64,000 bases of DNA from IMG/VR virus record IMGVR_UViG_3300032241_003323, positions 6,042 through 70,041 of that record; one strand, written 5' to 3'. Positions within the stretch are counted from its first letter, which is position 1. Each line of letters starts with the position of its first letter. The stretch is from a virus. Both the position numbers and the translations under genes were made by a program. Positions 19,464 to 29,183 of this stretch are shown piece after piece. The notes beneath the pieces are model-generated. The model saw only the letters and a list, made by a program, of their open reading frames with translations, did not search any database and was not told the origin of the DNA.

Positions 19464-21052
19464 TATTCTCTCTCAAACTCCTTACGAGTAACAACTTGAA
19501 CATCTCTATCGCTGTTTAATCCATAGCAACAAAAAACTTTTTCAGTACCATCTTCATCTTTTGTGGCCAAGAAAACATCTTCATTCCAAATTGCTCTCAG
19601 TGAAGTCAAAACATCTGCAATATAAGGCTCATAAATATTTCTACCATCATAGTAATGCTGAAGAAACATCGAGCCTTGTCCTCGATAATTAGGCTCAGTA
19701 ATTCGAATGTCGGGAAGACCTCCATTCAAATGCCGTCTCATTAAAAGATGTTTGATTTCTTTATAATCTCTGTTTTCAATTTTAAATTCTCCATTTGGAT
19801 AATGCTTCCAGTGGAAATATTCCTGTTCTCTACAAAAATCTTCAGTAAAAAATTCATGAATGAATGTAAAATCATCATAATATTTTCGAACTTCAAAAAT
19901 CTTTTCTTTGCCAAGATTTGCACCTGTATCCCAGCTTTCCTTTGTTTTAATGTTAGAACAATTGTCCCATTCTGTTCCAAATCTTCCCTTGTCCCATCTT
20001 TCACGAATATCTTTTAATAAATAATATCCAAGTTTATAAGGATTCATTGAATATTTTCCACCTAAAACTCCCATCTTATGATTGGCGTATTCAACAATCC
20101 CGCAATCATGCGATTTTTGACCCAAAGCAACAAATCCCTGTTCTGCCATAATCACAGAATCAGTCATTGAAGCCCAACCCTCATTAAGAGTTTTAGTTTG
20201 TCTTTGTGGAAAAAAGTACATAGCCTCTTCATACAACATCGAAATAATGTCAGCCTGCCAAGGTTTGAGAGGGGCATTATCTCTCAAAAATGCAAGCACA
20301 TTTTTAGTTGGTTCTTTAAAAACACCAATTTCGTCCGCAGCATCTTTTTCAATAATTTCATTATTTTGTTTTTCTTTAAAATCGTTTGTATTTAGGAATG
20401 GCTCCATATACAAACGATTTTTATCAACAGTCAATCTTCTGGGTTGATGGTAGACTCTTGCATCACGAATATTTTTTTCTTTAATAATTCGATCAGTCCA
20501 CGCTTCAGCCCCATCAATTAAAGTCTCTAATCGCATCACATAATCAAGAAACTCAGTTACTCTTTCTTTGCCCCATCTGGCCATATATTTTCTAATACGT
20601 GTTCCATGATTTGCCATTTTGTTCATCATGTTAGTGTCTGTAGCACTAAAGTGAATATTATTCTTAAAAAAATCATTATGTCCAGTAGCGTGTGCAACTA
20701 CAGTCAAATGATCAAGCAACGTATTAGAACTTAAATTGTATATATAGCATGGATTGGTATTCACGACCATTTCATATATTTTATGCATACCAAATTCATA
20801 TCCACGCTGTAATTCTTCATATTCCATACCAAATGACCAGTGTGGAAACCTAACAGGAAAGCCACCATAAGAGGCAATTTCGCTAATTTCATCATAAGTC
20901 AGTAATTGAACTACAGTAGGATAAAAATCCAAACCCCAGTCCCTACATGCCTGAAGAATTTTAGGGATTAAATCTTTTAACTCTTTTGAAAGTTGAACTC
21001 CAGGAACAGTATTATCACCAAGAAGAATTGGAGCACCATGCATAAATCCCAT
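19463..21052 (-). CDS. spoVR: SpoVR/YcgB family protein
   Basis: GFPVRFPHWSFG, IYEMVVNTNPC, AHATGHNDFFKNN, TKTLNEGWAS, NPYKLG. Confidence 0.93.
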   Translation of the reverse strand: MGFMHGAPILLGDNTVPGVQLSKELKDLIPKILQACRDWGLDFYPTVVQLLTYDEISEIASYGGFPVRFPHWSFGMEYEELQRGYEFGMHKIYEMVVNTNPCYIYNLSSNTLLDHLTVVAHATGHNDFFKNNIHFSATDTNMMNKMANHGTRIRKYMARWGKERVTEFLDYVMRLETLIDGAEAWTDRIIKEKNIRDARVYHQPRRLTVDKNRLYMEPFLNTNDFKEKQNNEIIEKDAADEIGVFKEPTKNVLAFLRDNAPLKPWQADIISMLYEEAMYFFPQRQTKTLNEGWASMTDSVIMAEQGFVALGQKSHDCGIVEYANHKMGVLGGKYSMNPYKLGYYLLKDIRERWDKGRFGTEWDNCSNIKTKESWDTGANLGKEKIFEVRKYYDDFTFIHEFFTEDFCREQEYFHWKHYPNGEFKIENRDYKEIKHLLMRRHLNGGLPDIRITEPNYRGQGSMFLQHYYDGRNIYEPYIADVLTSLRAIWNEDVFLATKDEDGTEKVFCCYGLNSDRDVQVVTRKEFERE

Positions 21053-21106
21053 GTTTTTTCCCTCAGTTAAATTTAAAAAAAATTATATAGAAAAATGTTC
21101 AACCGT

Positions 21107-22318
21107 TCAATCAGATTCTTTTGAAATTTTAGAAGGATTTCCAAGCAATTTCTTAATTGCATTCATAATTTGATTGTTTCGATCTTCTTCACTTAAAATC
21201 GACATTCCATGTCTATTGGGCTGATCGGGTCCAATTGAAACAGTGCGAACACATTCAGAATCCAACCGACCTTCTACAATGGCTCTATCAACATTATCTT
21301 TAACACTGTCTTGGTAACTATAAGCTAGAATTTGAGTGATACCAGTAAAATTAACAACATCTGGAGTAAATTCTTCCTCTAAAGTTTTTATGAAAACTTC
21401 ATTGTCATCATGCCAATTATCACCATCTGTAAAATAAAACACATAAACATTCCACTTTTCGGGAGGATAACGATTTTCAAATTGTTTTGAAATAAATTTA
21501 AGTGCAGAAGAACATGTTGTTCCTCCACCAAACCTATATTTATAAAATTTATCTTCGTCAACTTCCATTGCAATCGAATCATGCCAAACATAAAGACGAT
21601 CTACACGATCATAGAATCTACGAATCCATGTATCAATCCACCACGACATATCTGAAACGATATCGCACTTGGCATCGTCCATTGATCCTGATCCATCTCT
21701 TGCAAAAACGATTAACGCATTGCTAGATGGAATTTTTATTTCATTATATTGTCTATATCTCTTATCATCATTAATAGGTTGTAAAACACGCACAGGATCT
21801 TTTAGTCCAGGCACATGCTTCAACTTATCCAGAGTTCCCTCTAATGCCTGTCTCTTTAGTGTTTGCATTAGAGTTCTGCGATTGTGTCTAAGAGATTCTG
21901 GACCAATTAAAGAAATATTATTATATTTTATTTTGACCTCATCATAAACTTCGTTAGGCTTCTTTTTTAAATTAGGAAGTTGAAGTTCATCTTGCATAAA
22001 TTTAAGGACTTCCTCCAAGTCCAAATTTATTACAATGCCTTCTGACTCATCTTGACCAGCACCCTTACCTTTACCCTTGCCTGGATCTTTTCCAATTACA
22101 TCTCCATCTTTTCCTTCGCCACGACCAACTCCCTCGTTGCCACTTCCATATACAATGTGAGGAATATCGACTTTGGGAATAGTGAAAGAAATCTTTCCGT
22201 TCTTTCCCCTTTTTCTAATAATATTTCCACTCTTTATAAACTTTTTCAAAGCTCTTCGAATACGACCAGAAACAACATCTCTAAAATCTTTATGATCTTC
22301 TTCTATGCGTCTTGGCAT
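21107..22318 (-). CDS. yeaH: YeaH/YhbH (DUF444) vWA-like protein
   Basis: DHKDFRD, Gly-rich segment, DGSGSM (MIDAS), GGTTCSSA, TDGDNW. Confidence 0.92.
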   Translation of the reverse strand: MPRRIEEDHKDFRDVVSGRIRRALKKFIKSGNIIRKRGKNGKISFTIPKVDIPHIVYGSGNEGVGRGEGKDGDVIGKDPGKGKGKGAGQDESEGIVINLDLEEVLKFMQDELQLPNLKKKPNEVYDEVKIKYNNISLIGPESLRHNRRTLMQTLKRQALEGTLDKLKHVPGLKDPVRVLQPINDDKRYRQYNEIKIPSSNALIVFARDGSGSMDDAKCDIVSDMSWWIDTWIRRFYDRVDRLYVWHDSIAMEVDEDKFYKYRFGGGTTCSSALKFISKQFENRYPPEKWNVYVFYFTDGDNWHDDNEVFIKTLEEEFTPDVVNFTGITQILAYSYQDSVKDNVDRAIVEGRLDSECVRTVSIGPDQPNRHGMSILSEEDRNNQIMNAIKKLLGNPSKISKESD

Positions 22319-22329
22319 GTTTACCTCTT

Positions 22330-22686
22330 TTATAACTTTACAATAAATTTAAAAGAATTTTCTTCAGTATTACAATGAAATTGTAATACTTCCATTTCGC
22401 ACATAAACCAATCATAAAGTTTATTTTCAGAATTATCCATAAATCTTTCAAATAAAAGATCTTTAAAAGTATCTTTTCCATCATTGCTGAAGGAAAGATC
22501 AAACGATCCATGACCATCCTGGTTTCCATCAGCACCAGAAATATGCATAGATTCCAATAAATCTATTTGATCCTCTGACAAAGAAAAATAAATATCATTA
22601 AAATATTTACAATCTTTGATTATTTCAGAAATGACAGAACCTAAATCTTCAAACTTGTTTGTTTTGCTTAACCAATAGTTTTTCAT
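22330..22686 (-). CDS. hypothetical protein inserted between prkA and yeaH
   Basis: 118 aa ORF with a GGAG RBS. Confidence 0.6.
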   Translation of the reverse strand: MKNYWLSKTNKFEDLGSVISEIIKDCKYFNDIYFSLSEDQIDLLESMHISGADGNQDGHGSFDLSFSNDGKDTFKDLLFERFMDNSENKLYDWFMCEMEVLQFHCNTEENSFKFIVKL

Positions 22687-22717
22687 CGCAATCTCCAGTG
22701 TTTTAAAATTATATGAT

Positions 22718-22749
22718 TGAGAGGGGAGCCATACAAGCTTCCCCTCTCA
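22718..22749 (-). terminator. hairpin downstream of prkA (terminator or processing site)
   Basis: TGAGAGGGGA..TCCCCTCTCA stem; weak U-tract. Confidence 0.5.
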
Positions 22750-22761
22750 TAAATGGAAAAA

Positions 22762-24840
22762 TCAATCATCTTCTGCAAGATCGCCACGAGCAAAAATTCC
22801 ACCCACAAAATCTAACACATCCGTTGCACTTCTTTCGTTATATCCATACTGTTTGATCAAACGAGTTTTAATCGCATCAATCTTTTCTTGAATGTCCTTG
22901 TCCACAACAGTGGCACCACTGACATTCAGGGCACTTAATTTAATCGTATCCTTGACATCTTCGAAAAGCTTCATTTCTAAGGCTTTTCTAAGTTTTGGAT
23001 TGCTGTCCCAACGGAACGACTTGCCCTTATGAGCCAAGTCACCAATAAATGCTGCAATTTGCCGACGAAAATCTTCACATCCAGTATCAGGAATTTGAAT
23101 CTTCTCTTCGATCTGTCTCATCAATCTTTCGTCAGGCTTGCGGTCTTGACCTGTGATTGGATCTTTAATCTTGGACTTATTGATAAATGCCATAACATTA
23201 TCAATATAATTAGAACACAGTCTAATAATCGCATCTTCGTCTCCAACCAAAGCCTTTTGAACCTCATTCTTCAAAATGTCAGTTAGCTTTTTAAGAGACA
23301 AGTCAATACAAGTAATGTAACGTCCGACTTGCTCTCTATTAGTCAAGAGAGAAGAGTGCTCAAGACCATCTCGAAGTTCGTTTAACACCATGAACATGTT
23401 TACATAATCATGGTTATTAGCCAAACAATTTGAAATTTTATCCTGAAGATATCGAACGCTAACCCCGCCATTCATACCTTCATCTGGATACTTGTCTTTC
23501 ATTTCCTTAACAGAATCTTCTGTCCATCCAGGAAGAAGCCTGTTATCATAAAGCTCTGCTTTTTCAACCAGACTAATTTTCCCATCTTTATCATCTTGAA
23601 GACGGGTCAATACACTCCATAAAGCAGCAATTTCCAATGTATGTGGAGCAATATGCTGTTTCACCTTGCCTGGACCGTAGTCCTTCTCAAGAATTTGTAG
23701 TTCCTCAGACCACTTCAAAGTATAAGGAACATCAATCTTTGTAGTGCGATCCCGAAATGCTTCCATATACTGATTGCTTCTAAGCTTTTGGAATTCAGGA
23801 TCGTTTGTGTGAGCTATAATAGCTTCATCAATTGAAACCTGAGAAAACTTCTTCGGCTTAATGCACTGCTCTTGAGAAGCACCCAAAAGATCATAAAGGA
23901 ATGCAGTATCGAGCTTCAAAGCCTCGATAAATTCTACAATTCCACGATTGCCAACGCAAAATTCACCATCAAAAGAGAACGCTCTTGGATCAGAATCAGA
24001 TCCAAAATTGCCAATTTGACGGAAATTAATGTCACCAGTAAGTTCTGTGCTATCCTGATTCTTCTCATCTTTAGGTTGAAATGTTGCAATGCCACAACGA
24101 TCAGATTCACTATAAACTTTACGAATTACTCTAACGTGATTTTCAAGAACCTTTTCAAGATCACCATCGTACTTCTTCAACAAAACATTCATGAATTTGT
24201 TGCAAAGAGGATCTAATTCAGTGTTACACTTTAACGTGTAAAGATCTTGCTTTCTTTCCTCTGAAGCGTTCTCTTCATGAATTCTATTTAATTCCTCCAT
24301 AAGAGAAATTCTGGACTCTAAAGGAAGAAGTTTAAGTGGCTGCTCATGCATTGGGCATAAACATTCATTGTCCGTGTAAATTCCATCAATTCCTGTGGGC
24401 AAGTTTACCCATTTAAATGAATACCAAGACCCAGGTTCTGTCCTAGAATATCGTTCTAGCCCACGCTTAATCAATCTACAAATCGTAGATTTGGCACTTC
24501 CAACAGGCCCATGTAACAAAAGAATTCTTCGCTCAGTTCCATAACCACCAGCAGCACCTTTAATGAATTTGACCAAGGAATCCTTCATTGGGGTCAAACC
24601 CACAATTGGAATTTCCTCATCATCAAAAAAATTATAATGAATATAAGTTTTGCGGTATTCCTCAACAGGAAAACATCCTTTTTCCATGATCATATCATAA
24701 ATTGTTTGCCATGCGTTTCTTAACAAGAAGGGCTTCTCATAGCAAAGCTCTAAATATTCTGAAAAACTCATTTCAGAATTAATTGTACGAAACTGATTTC
24801 TATTAAAATTGCCTATGACTTTCTTTAAAGCTGTTGTCAT
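22762..24840 (-). CDS. prkA: PrkA/YeaG AAA+ serine protein kinase family
   Basis: RILLLHGPVGSAKST, CPMHEQPL, PKDEKNQD, SDPRAFSFDG, NRGIVEFIE, APHTLE. Confidence 0.95.
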   Translation of the reverse strand: MTTALKKVIGNFNRNQFRTINSEMSFSEYLELCYEKPFLLRNAWQTIYDMIMEKGCFPVEEYRKTYIHYNFFDDEEIPIVGLTPMKDSLVKFIKGAAGGYGTERRILLLHGPVGSAKSTICRLIKRGLERYSRTEPGSWYSFKWVNLPTGIDGIYTDNECLCPMHEQPLKLLPLESRISLMEELNRIHEENASEERKQDLYTLKCNTELDPLCNKFMNVLLKKYDGDLEKVLENHVRVIRKVYSESDRCGIATFQPKDEKNQDSTELTGDINFRQIGNFGSDSDPRAFSFDGEFCVGNRGIVEFIEALKLDTAFLYDLLGASQEQCIKPKKFSQVSIDEAIIAHTNDPEFQKLRSNQYMEAFRDRTTKIDVPYTLKWSEELQILEKDYGPGKVKQHIAPHTLEIAALWSVLTRLQDDKDGKISLVEKAELYDNRLLPGWTEDSVKEMKDKYPDEGMNGGVSVRYLQDKISNCLANNHDYVNMFMVLNELRDGLEHSSLLTNREQVGRYITCIDLSLKKLTDILKNEVQKALVGDEDAIIRLCSNYIDNVMAFINKSKIKDPITGQDRKPDERLMRQIEEKIQIPDTGCEDFRRQIAAFIGDLAHKGKSFRWDSNPKLRKALEMKLFEDVKDTIKLSALNVSGATVVDKDIQEKIDAIKTRLIKQYGYNERSATDVLDFVGGIFARGDLAEDD

Positions 24841-24929
24841 TTTTCCTCCAAGGAATGGATATATTCAGACAGAACAAATAAAATATAACAATTTATAATT
24901 TGTCGTTCAACAATCTAAAATAAAAAAAT

Positions 24930-24963
24930 AAAAAAATCCAGTATTTTATTCCTGGATTTTTTT
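24930..24963. terminator. intrinsic terminator
   Basis: AAAAAATCCAG..CTGGATTTTTT. Confidence 0.6.
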
Positions 24964-24980
24964 AAAATTTACAAATATCA

Positions 24981-25319
24981 TCAAACAATGTCATCATCAT
25001 CATCATCATCAATCATCCAATCATATTCATAAAATTTAGCTTTTCTTCTTGGCAGTTTATCTAAATTTTTAAAATCTATTTCAAAAAGTATTGGTTGCAG
25101 CATACTGATTGGTGAATTATAGACAAACTCTATAATCTTACCAAAAACATCGACCATCAGTTTTCTATTTTCTTCTGTCAATTCTTTCCAAGGTTTGTTT
25201 AATTCTACTTGACATTTGTGTTGTATAGCAGAATCAGCATAAATTTCATAAAATTTCTCGGCAAGTTTTTCACCAGTAAGCGGCATTAAAAATTCTTTCT
25301 TAATTCCTGTGTAAATCAT
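24981..25319 (-). CDS. hypothetical protein with an acidic tail
   Basis: 112 aa ORF. Confidence 0.5.
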   Translation of the reverse strand: MIYTGIKKEFLMPLTGEKLAEKFYEIYADSAIQHKCQVELNKPWKELTEENRKLMVDVFGKIIEFVYNSPISMLQPILFEIDFKNLDKLPRRKAKFYEYDWMIDDDDDDDIV

Positions 25320-25330
25320 GATATTTAAAA

Positions 25331-25392
25331 TAAATTTCGATTAAAAATTTTTAATTAAATTTTTTTTGATTTAATTTTTTAATCGAAATTTA
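25331..25392. repeat. 17-bp perfect inverted repeat in an AT-rich spacer
   Basis: TAAATTTCGATTAAAAA / TTTTTAATCGAAATTTA. Confidence 0.8.
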
Positions 25393-25428
25393 CATAATAA
25401 TATATTTTTTATTTACTATTTTTTAATT

Positions 25429-25767
25429 TTATTTGACTTCGCCCCAAGCATTGTCATTATCTAAATCATTTATGGGATTATAAACATCTGTTCCCATGTG
25501 AGATTTTTCTTCGGCGTTTCTCCGCTCCTCAATAACCCTCGGAAGATTATGATGAAAACGATAATCGTGGCCAGAAGTTTCACTGTTCCAACGATCAGTG
25601 CCTTCAGGATTAGAAAACATAAAACCACAAACAGAAAGCAATTTTTCTTTACTTTTTGATCCACAATCGGGACATTTTACAGTTTTATATTTCCCAGTTG
25701 AGTCACATGATGTCAACTCTTCATAAACTTTAAAACATTTTCTACATTTAAATTCATATAAGGGCAA
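25429..25767 (-). CDS. FmdB-family zinc ribbon protein
   Basis: (M)PLYEFKCRKC...CPDCGS; TTG start after GAGG. Confidence 0.8.
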   Translation of the reverse strand: MPLYEFKCRKCFKVYEELTSCDSTGKYKTVKCPDCGSKSKEKLLSVCGFMFSNPEGTDRWNSETSGHDYRFHHNLPRVIEERRNAEEKSHMGTDVYNPINDLDNDNAWGEVK

Positions 25768-25777
25768 AATAAACCTC

Positions 25778-26062
25778 TCATTCATCTTCTAATTGAATAA
25801 ATTGACTGTATGTAGTGCTAATCATCTTTAATCGAGTATTGTGAGAATAAAATGCCCAAAAAAATGATTTTTCACAAGCTCTTATGGCTGCACGAAGAGT
25901 TCTATGATTCAAGTCTCTATGCAAAAAACCCATTTGAATTTCTTGCATCATCTTTTCCTCTTCTAAAATTTCTTTATATTCAGAAGAATCCGAATCTTCG
26001 CCAAAGAACTTGTCTACTTCATCTCTAAAATTTTCATTGTCATCGTAATTAAATCTTCTCAT
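25778..26062 (-). CDS. hypothetical protein
   Basis: 94 aa ORF within the operon. Confidence 0.55.
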   Translation of the reverse strand: MRRFNYDDNENFRDEVDKFFGEDSDSSEYKEILEEEKMMQEIQMGFLHRDLNHRTLRAAIRACEKSFFWAFYSHNTRLKMISTTYSQFIQLEDE

Positions 26063-26063
26063 T

Positions 26064-26642
26064 TTATCCCCTTGATACGATTTGAAACAAAGGAGTTGCC
26101 GAAATCCATAATTTTTCTATCCGATTTTCATTCACAGTCAAATTACCTTGAGCATGCTTGATATCAGATATAAAAGGACAACCCATTTTATTTATCCAGG
26201 AAGCTGTAACAAAGTTGCCCCATCCTTTTGAATATGTCACAAAAACACACGAACGATCCTGCTTACAATCGCAAGACAAATCGTCATCCAACATCTTGAC
26301 TCCAGAAAAATCTGAATTAATTCCAGATTCTTCAAAGTCTCTTATACAAATAACTTCTGGTCCAATTACAAGAATTGGCTCTTTAACGCCATGGTTAATC
26401 GCACAATCAATTTGACCCTGAGTATCTGTAGACTTATGAAGAAATAAAGGAACTTTGCATCTTCTTGTCCAGTTAAACAAATCATAATTCATAACATTTC
26501 GATTAGATGTAACAAAAACATTAGCATCTGGTAAATTTTTTGATATCGAATACCAACAAATAAAAGACATCCAATCATGATGTGTAAGATAATCACAAAC
26601 AATCAAAATATTTAAACCATCTCCAGTCGAAGATATTTTCAT
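26064..26642 (-). CDS. hypothetical protein
   Basis: 192 aa ORF. Confidence 0.55.
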   Translation of the reverse strand: MKISSTGDGLNILIVCDYLTHHDWMSFICWYSISKNLPDANVFVTSNRNVMNYDLFNWTRRCKVPLFLHKSTDTQGQIDCAINHGVKEPILVIGPEVICIRDFEESGINSDFSGVKMLDDDLSCDCKQDRSCVFVTYSKGWGNFVTASWINKMGCPFISDIKHAQGNLTVNENRIEKLWISATPLFQIVSRG

Positions 26643-26654
26643 ATTATAAAATAG

Positions 26655-26831
26655 TTACTTCCCCACAACTCCACTCACTCGTTTCCCAAAATTTAAACTT
26701 CTATAGCCAATTTTTGCCGGATTTGCTGGTTTGATTGCTTTAAAAGCCATCCCAGGAGAATGGCCAGTTCCAATTCCGTAAACTTTTGTAATTTTTTGCT
26801 TCTCATCCAGAAATTGTAAAAAAGTAATCAT
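26655..26831 (-). CDS. 58-aa ORF below the track cutoff, MITFLQFLDEK...; putative internal head protein
   Basis: read manually; TATAAATA lies 4 nt upstream of the ATG. Confidence 0.55.
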   Translation of the reverse strand: MITFLQFLDEKQKITKVYGIGTGHSPGMAFKAIKPANPAKIGYRSLNFGKRVSGVVGK

Positions 26832-26835
26832 ATTA

Positions 26836-26859
26836 TATTTATATCAATAAGGATAAATA
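26836..26859. promoter_or_regulatory. back-to-back T4-like late promoters
   Basis: TATAAATA (-, 26836-26843) and GATAAATA (+, 26852-26859), each 4 nt before an ATG. Confidence 0.55.
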
Positions 26860-26863
26860 TAAT

Positions 26864-27127
26864 ATGAAAACATTTAAACATTTTTTAGAAGATCGTGGTT
26901 GGTTTGAAGATGTTGCCACAACAATATCTAATCAAAGAAAAGCACAACAAACCGCATCAGATATTGTTTTAGCAAATAAATCTGATAAAACAATAAAAAT
27001 TGGTGCAACTCCACCCAATAAGGTCGCTCAAATCCTCAAAAAAACAACAGTAAAACCAACAATTGCGGCAAATGTCGCACAAATTTTACAAAAACCAAGC
27101 GATAATGATGATAATGTGCCGCAATAA
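26864..27127 (+). CDS. putative internal head protein (MKTFKHFLE N-terminus)
   Basis: N-terminus resembles the T4 internal-protein capsid-targeting sequence. Confidence 0.55.
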   Translation: MKTFKHFLEDRGWFEDVATTISNQRKAQQTASDIVLANKSDKTIKIGATPPNKVAQILKKTTVKPTIAANVAQILQKPSDNDDNVPQ

Positions 27128-27131
27128 AATT

Positions 27132-27404
27132 TTAATTCCATTTTTCTTCACCATCTATCCAATAATGTAAAATATATCGACCCGCTGTAGACATATATTT
27201 TCTATCTATAATAATCATTTTTGCGTGTATTTTTCGATGACACGTAGCACAAACTGTCAAGCTATTAAATTCAGAATATTTTCCACCTTCTGATCCTTCG
27301 ACAATTCTATGAACATCTAAAAGTTCATACTTGTCACAATCACAAAAATAACATTTTTTATCAAATTTCTTTTTTGCTATTTTATTTATAAGTTTTCTTG
27401 ACAC
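27132..27404 (-). CDS. small HNH endonuclease
   Basis: CYFC..DVHRI..GG.Y...N...VCATCHRKIH; GTG start after AAGGAGG. Confidence 0.8.
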   Translation of the reverse strand: MSRKLINKIAKKKFDKKCYFCDCDKYELLDVHRIVEGSEGGKYSEFNSLTVCATCHRKIHAKMIIIDRKYMSTAGRYILHYWIDGEEKWN

Positions 27405-27571
27405 ATATCCCTCCTTAGAATAATATCTAAAAGGGACAAACAAAAAAATAATTTTATGGAAAAAATTTATAATTGGTCAAACAAATGCATGGTCTACCAC
27501 GAAGAAACAAAAACAGATGATCGTCCAGGGTGTGCCAGAGAATTCGGAGTCTATGGAGCCAATAGAATAAA

Positions 27572-27823
27572 ATGCTCACAGAATCTCAAATCAAAAAACT
27601 AATTGTTTTAAAACTATACCGATTACAAGGATGCAAAGACAGAGAAACCATTATTAAACACATTCATCTTTTTAGAGGAATGTTAATGGTCATGCTGGAA
27701 AGAGATCCAGGCGATCTAGACAATGTTCCAGATATTTTAGATTTAATAAATATTCCATATAAAAATGAATATAATGAATATTATATTGATGAAAATTGGC
27801 TAGAAGAAAATGGAATTAAATAG
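27572..27823 (+). CDS. hypothetical protein
   Basis: 83 aa ORF. Confidence 0.5.
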   Translation: MLTESQIKKLIVLKLYRLQGCKDRETIIKHIHLFRGMLMVMLERDPGDLDNVPDILDLINIPYKNEYNEYYIDENWLEENGIK

Positions 27824-29183
27824 ATTTAATTTTATTTATAATATCTGTTGTAGACAAATTATTCACCATTGGTGCCAATACAATTTTTGGAACAATATCA
27901 TATCCAGCTATACTCTCTACTTTATATTCTGATCCTTTTACCAAAACATCTGGCATTATTTCTTTAATCAGATTTAATGGCGTATCTTCATTAAAAGGCA
28001 CAACAAAATCAACAAATTCTAAAGATTCCAATAATTTCATGCGATTTTCAAGCGATACAATTGGCCTTCCTGACTTTATCCTTGAAACACTTTCATCAGA
28101 ATTTACTGCAACAATCAATTTGTCGCCTAAAGATTTTGCAAATTTTAACGTCTCTATATGACCGACATGCAATATATCAAAACAACCATTTGTAAAAACC
28201 AATTTATAATCTCGTGAAGAAAAATCAAAATTTCTCAAAATCTTAGGAGAAAAGTCATTTTTGCATAAAGGTTTATTATGTTTACTTTTCACATAAATCA
28301 CTCCAGCATTCCAAGCAAGCAGAGCAGATTCCCTAATTGACATACCACGAGCCATTGCCATTGCCAAAAATGCAGAAAAGCAATCTCCAGCACCAATTAC
28401 AGACTCTGCGGGATTTAACTTGTTTTCTGGCTTAAATTCAACAAATCCCGATTCATCAAATACAGTGACTCCATCTCCAGCCTGTGTAATAACAACTGCT
28501 TTACATTTGATCTTATCAAGCAAGTAAATGCCAGCATCTTTTACAGTAGAACATCCCGATAATGTCAACGCTTCTTGTTTGTTTGGCTTAAAAATTGTGC
28601 ATCCCTTCCAACGCTCTAAATCTCCAGATTTAGGATCAACAATACTTATTTTTGCTTTAGAAATTAATTTATAAAGATGATTAGAAAAAATTCCTTTGCT
28701 ATAATCCGAAAAAATTAAAACATCAAAATTAGAAATATAATTTTCAGCCTTATCATAAAGATCACAACAAAATTTTTCTAAATCTTTGCCTAAACCGTAA
28801 TTTTCCTGTTCTAAATCCCATCTATAAACAGGAAAATCTTCACTATAAAACCTTCTTTTTCTAGGAATTTTATTTTTAATTACAGAACATAAAGATGTGT
28901 CTATTCCTTTGCAAATTAAAACAGATTGTGACTCTCTATCCAAAAAGGAAATAAGTTTTACATCACAATTAAAGTGCTTAAATTGATAGGCGACATTAGA
29001 CGCACCTCCAGGAAAATTTTCAGATTTATCATTATCTGAATGCATTATCGGTATTGGAAATTCAGGCGATATCCTCTTTACATGAACATTAAAATATTGA
29101 TCTATCATAGAATCGCCAACAACACCAATAGAAATCCTCCTATTGGTGTTGTTTAAATTTAAAAATTTTTCCAAAATATTCAT
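27816..29183 (-). CDS. hldE: bifunctional heptose-7-P kinase / heptose-1-P adenylyltransferase
   Basis: GDSMID, RISPE, GGASNVA, SDYSKG, GAGD; FTNGCFDILHVGH, NSDESV, KGSEY. Confidence 0.93.
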   Translation of the reverse strand: MNILEKFLNLNNTNRRISIGVVGDSMIDQYFNVHVKRISPEFPIPIMHSDNDKSENFPGGASNVAYQFKHFNCDVKLISFLDRESQSVLICKGIDTSLCSVIKNKIPRKRRFYSEDFPVYRWDLEQENYGLGKDLEKFCCDLYDKAENYISNFDVLIFSDYSKGIFSNHLYKLISKAKISIVDPKSGDLERWKGCTIFKPNKQEALTLSGCSTVKDAGIYLLDKIKCKAVVITQAGDGVTVFDESGFVEFKPENKLNPAESVIGAGDCFSAFLAMAMARGMSIRESALLAWNAGVIYVKSKHNKPLCKNDFSPKILRNFDFSSRDYKLVFTNGCFDILHVGHIETLKFAKSLGDKLIVAVNSDESVSRIKSGRPIVSLENRMKLLESLEFVDFVVPFNEDTPLNLIKEIMPDVLVKGSEYKVESIAGYDIVPKIVLAPMVNNLSTTDIINKIKSI

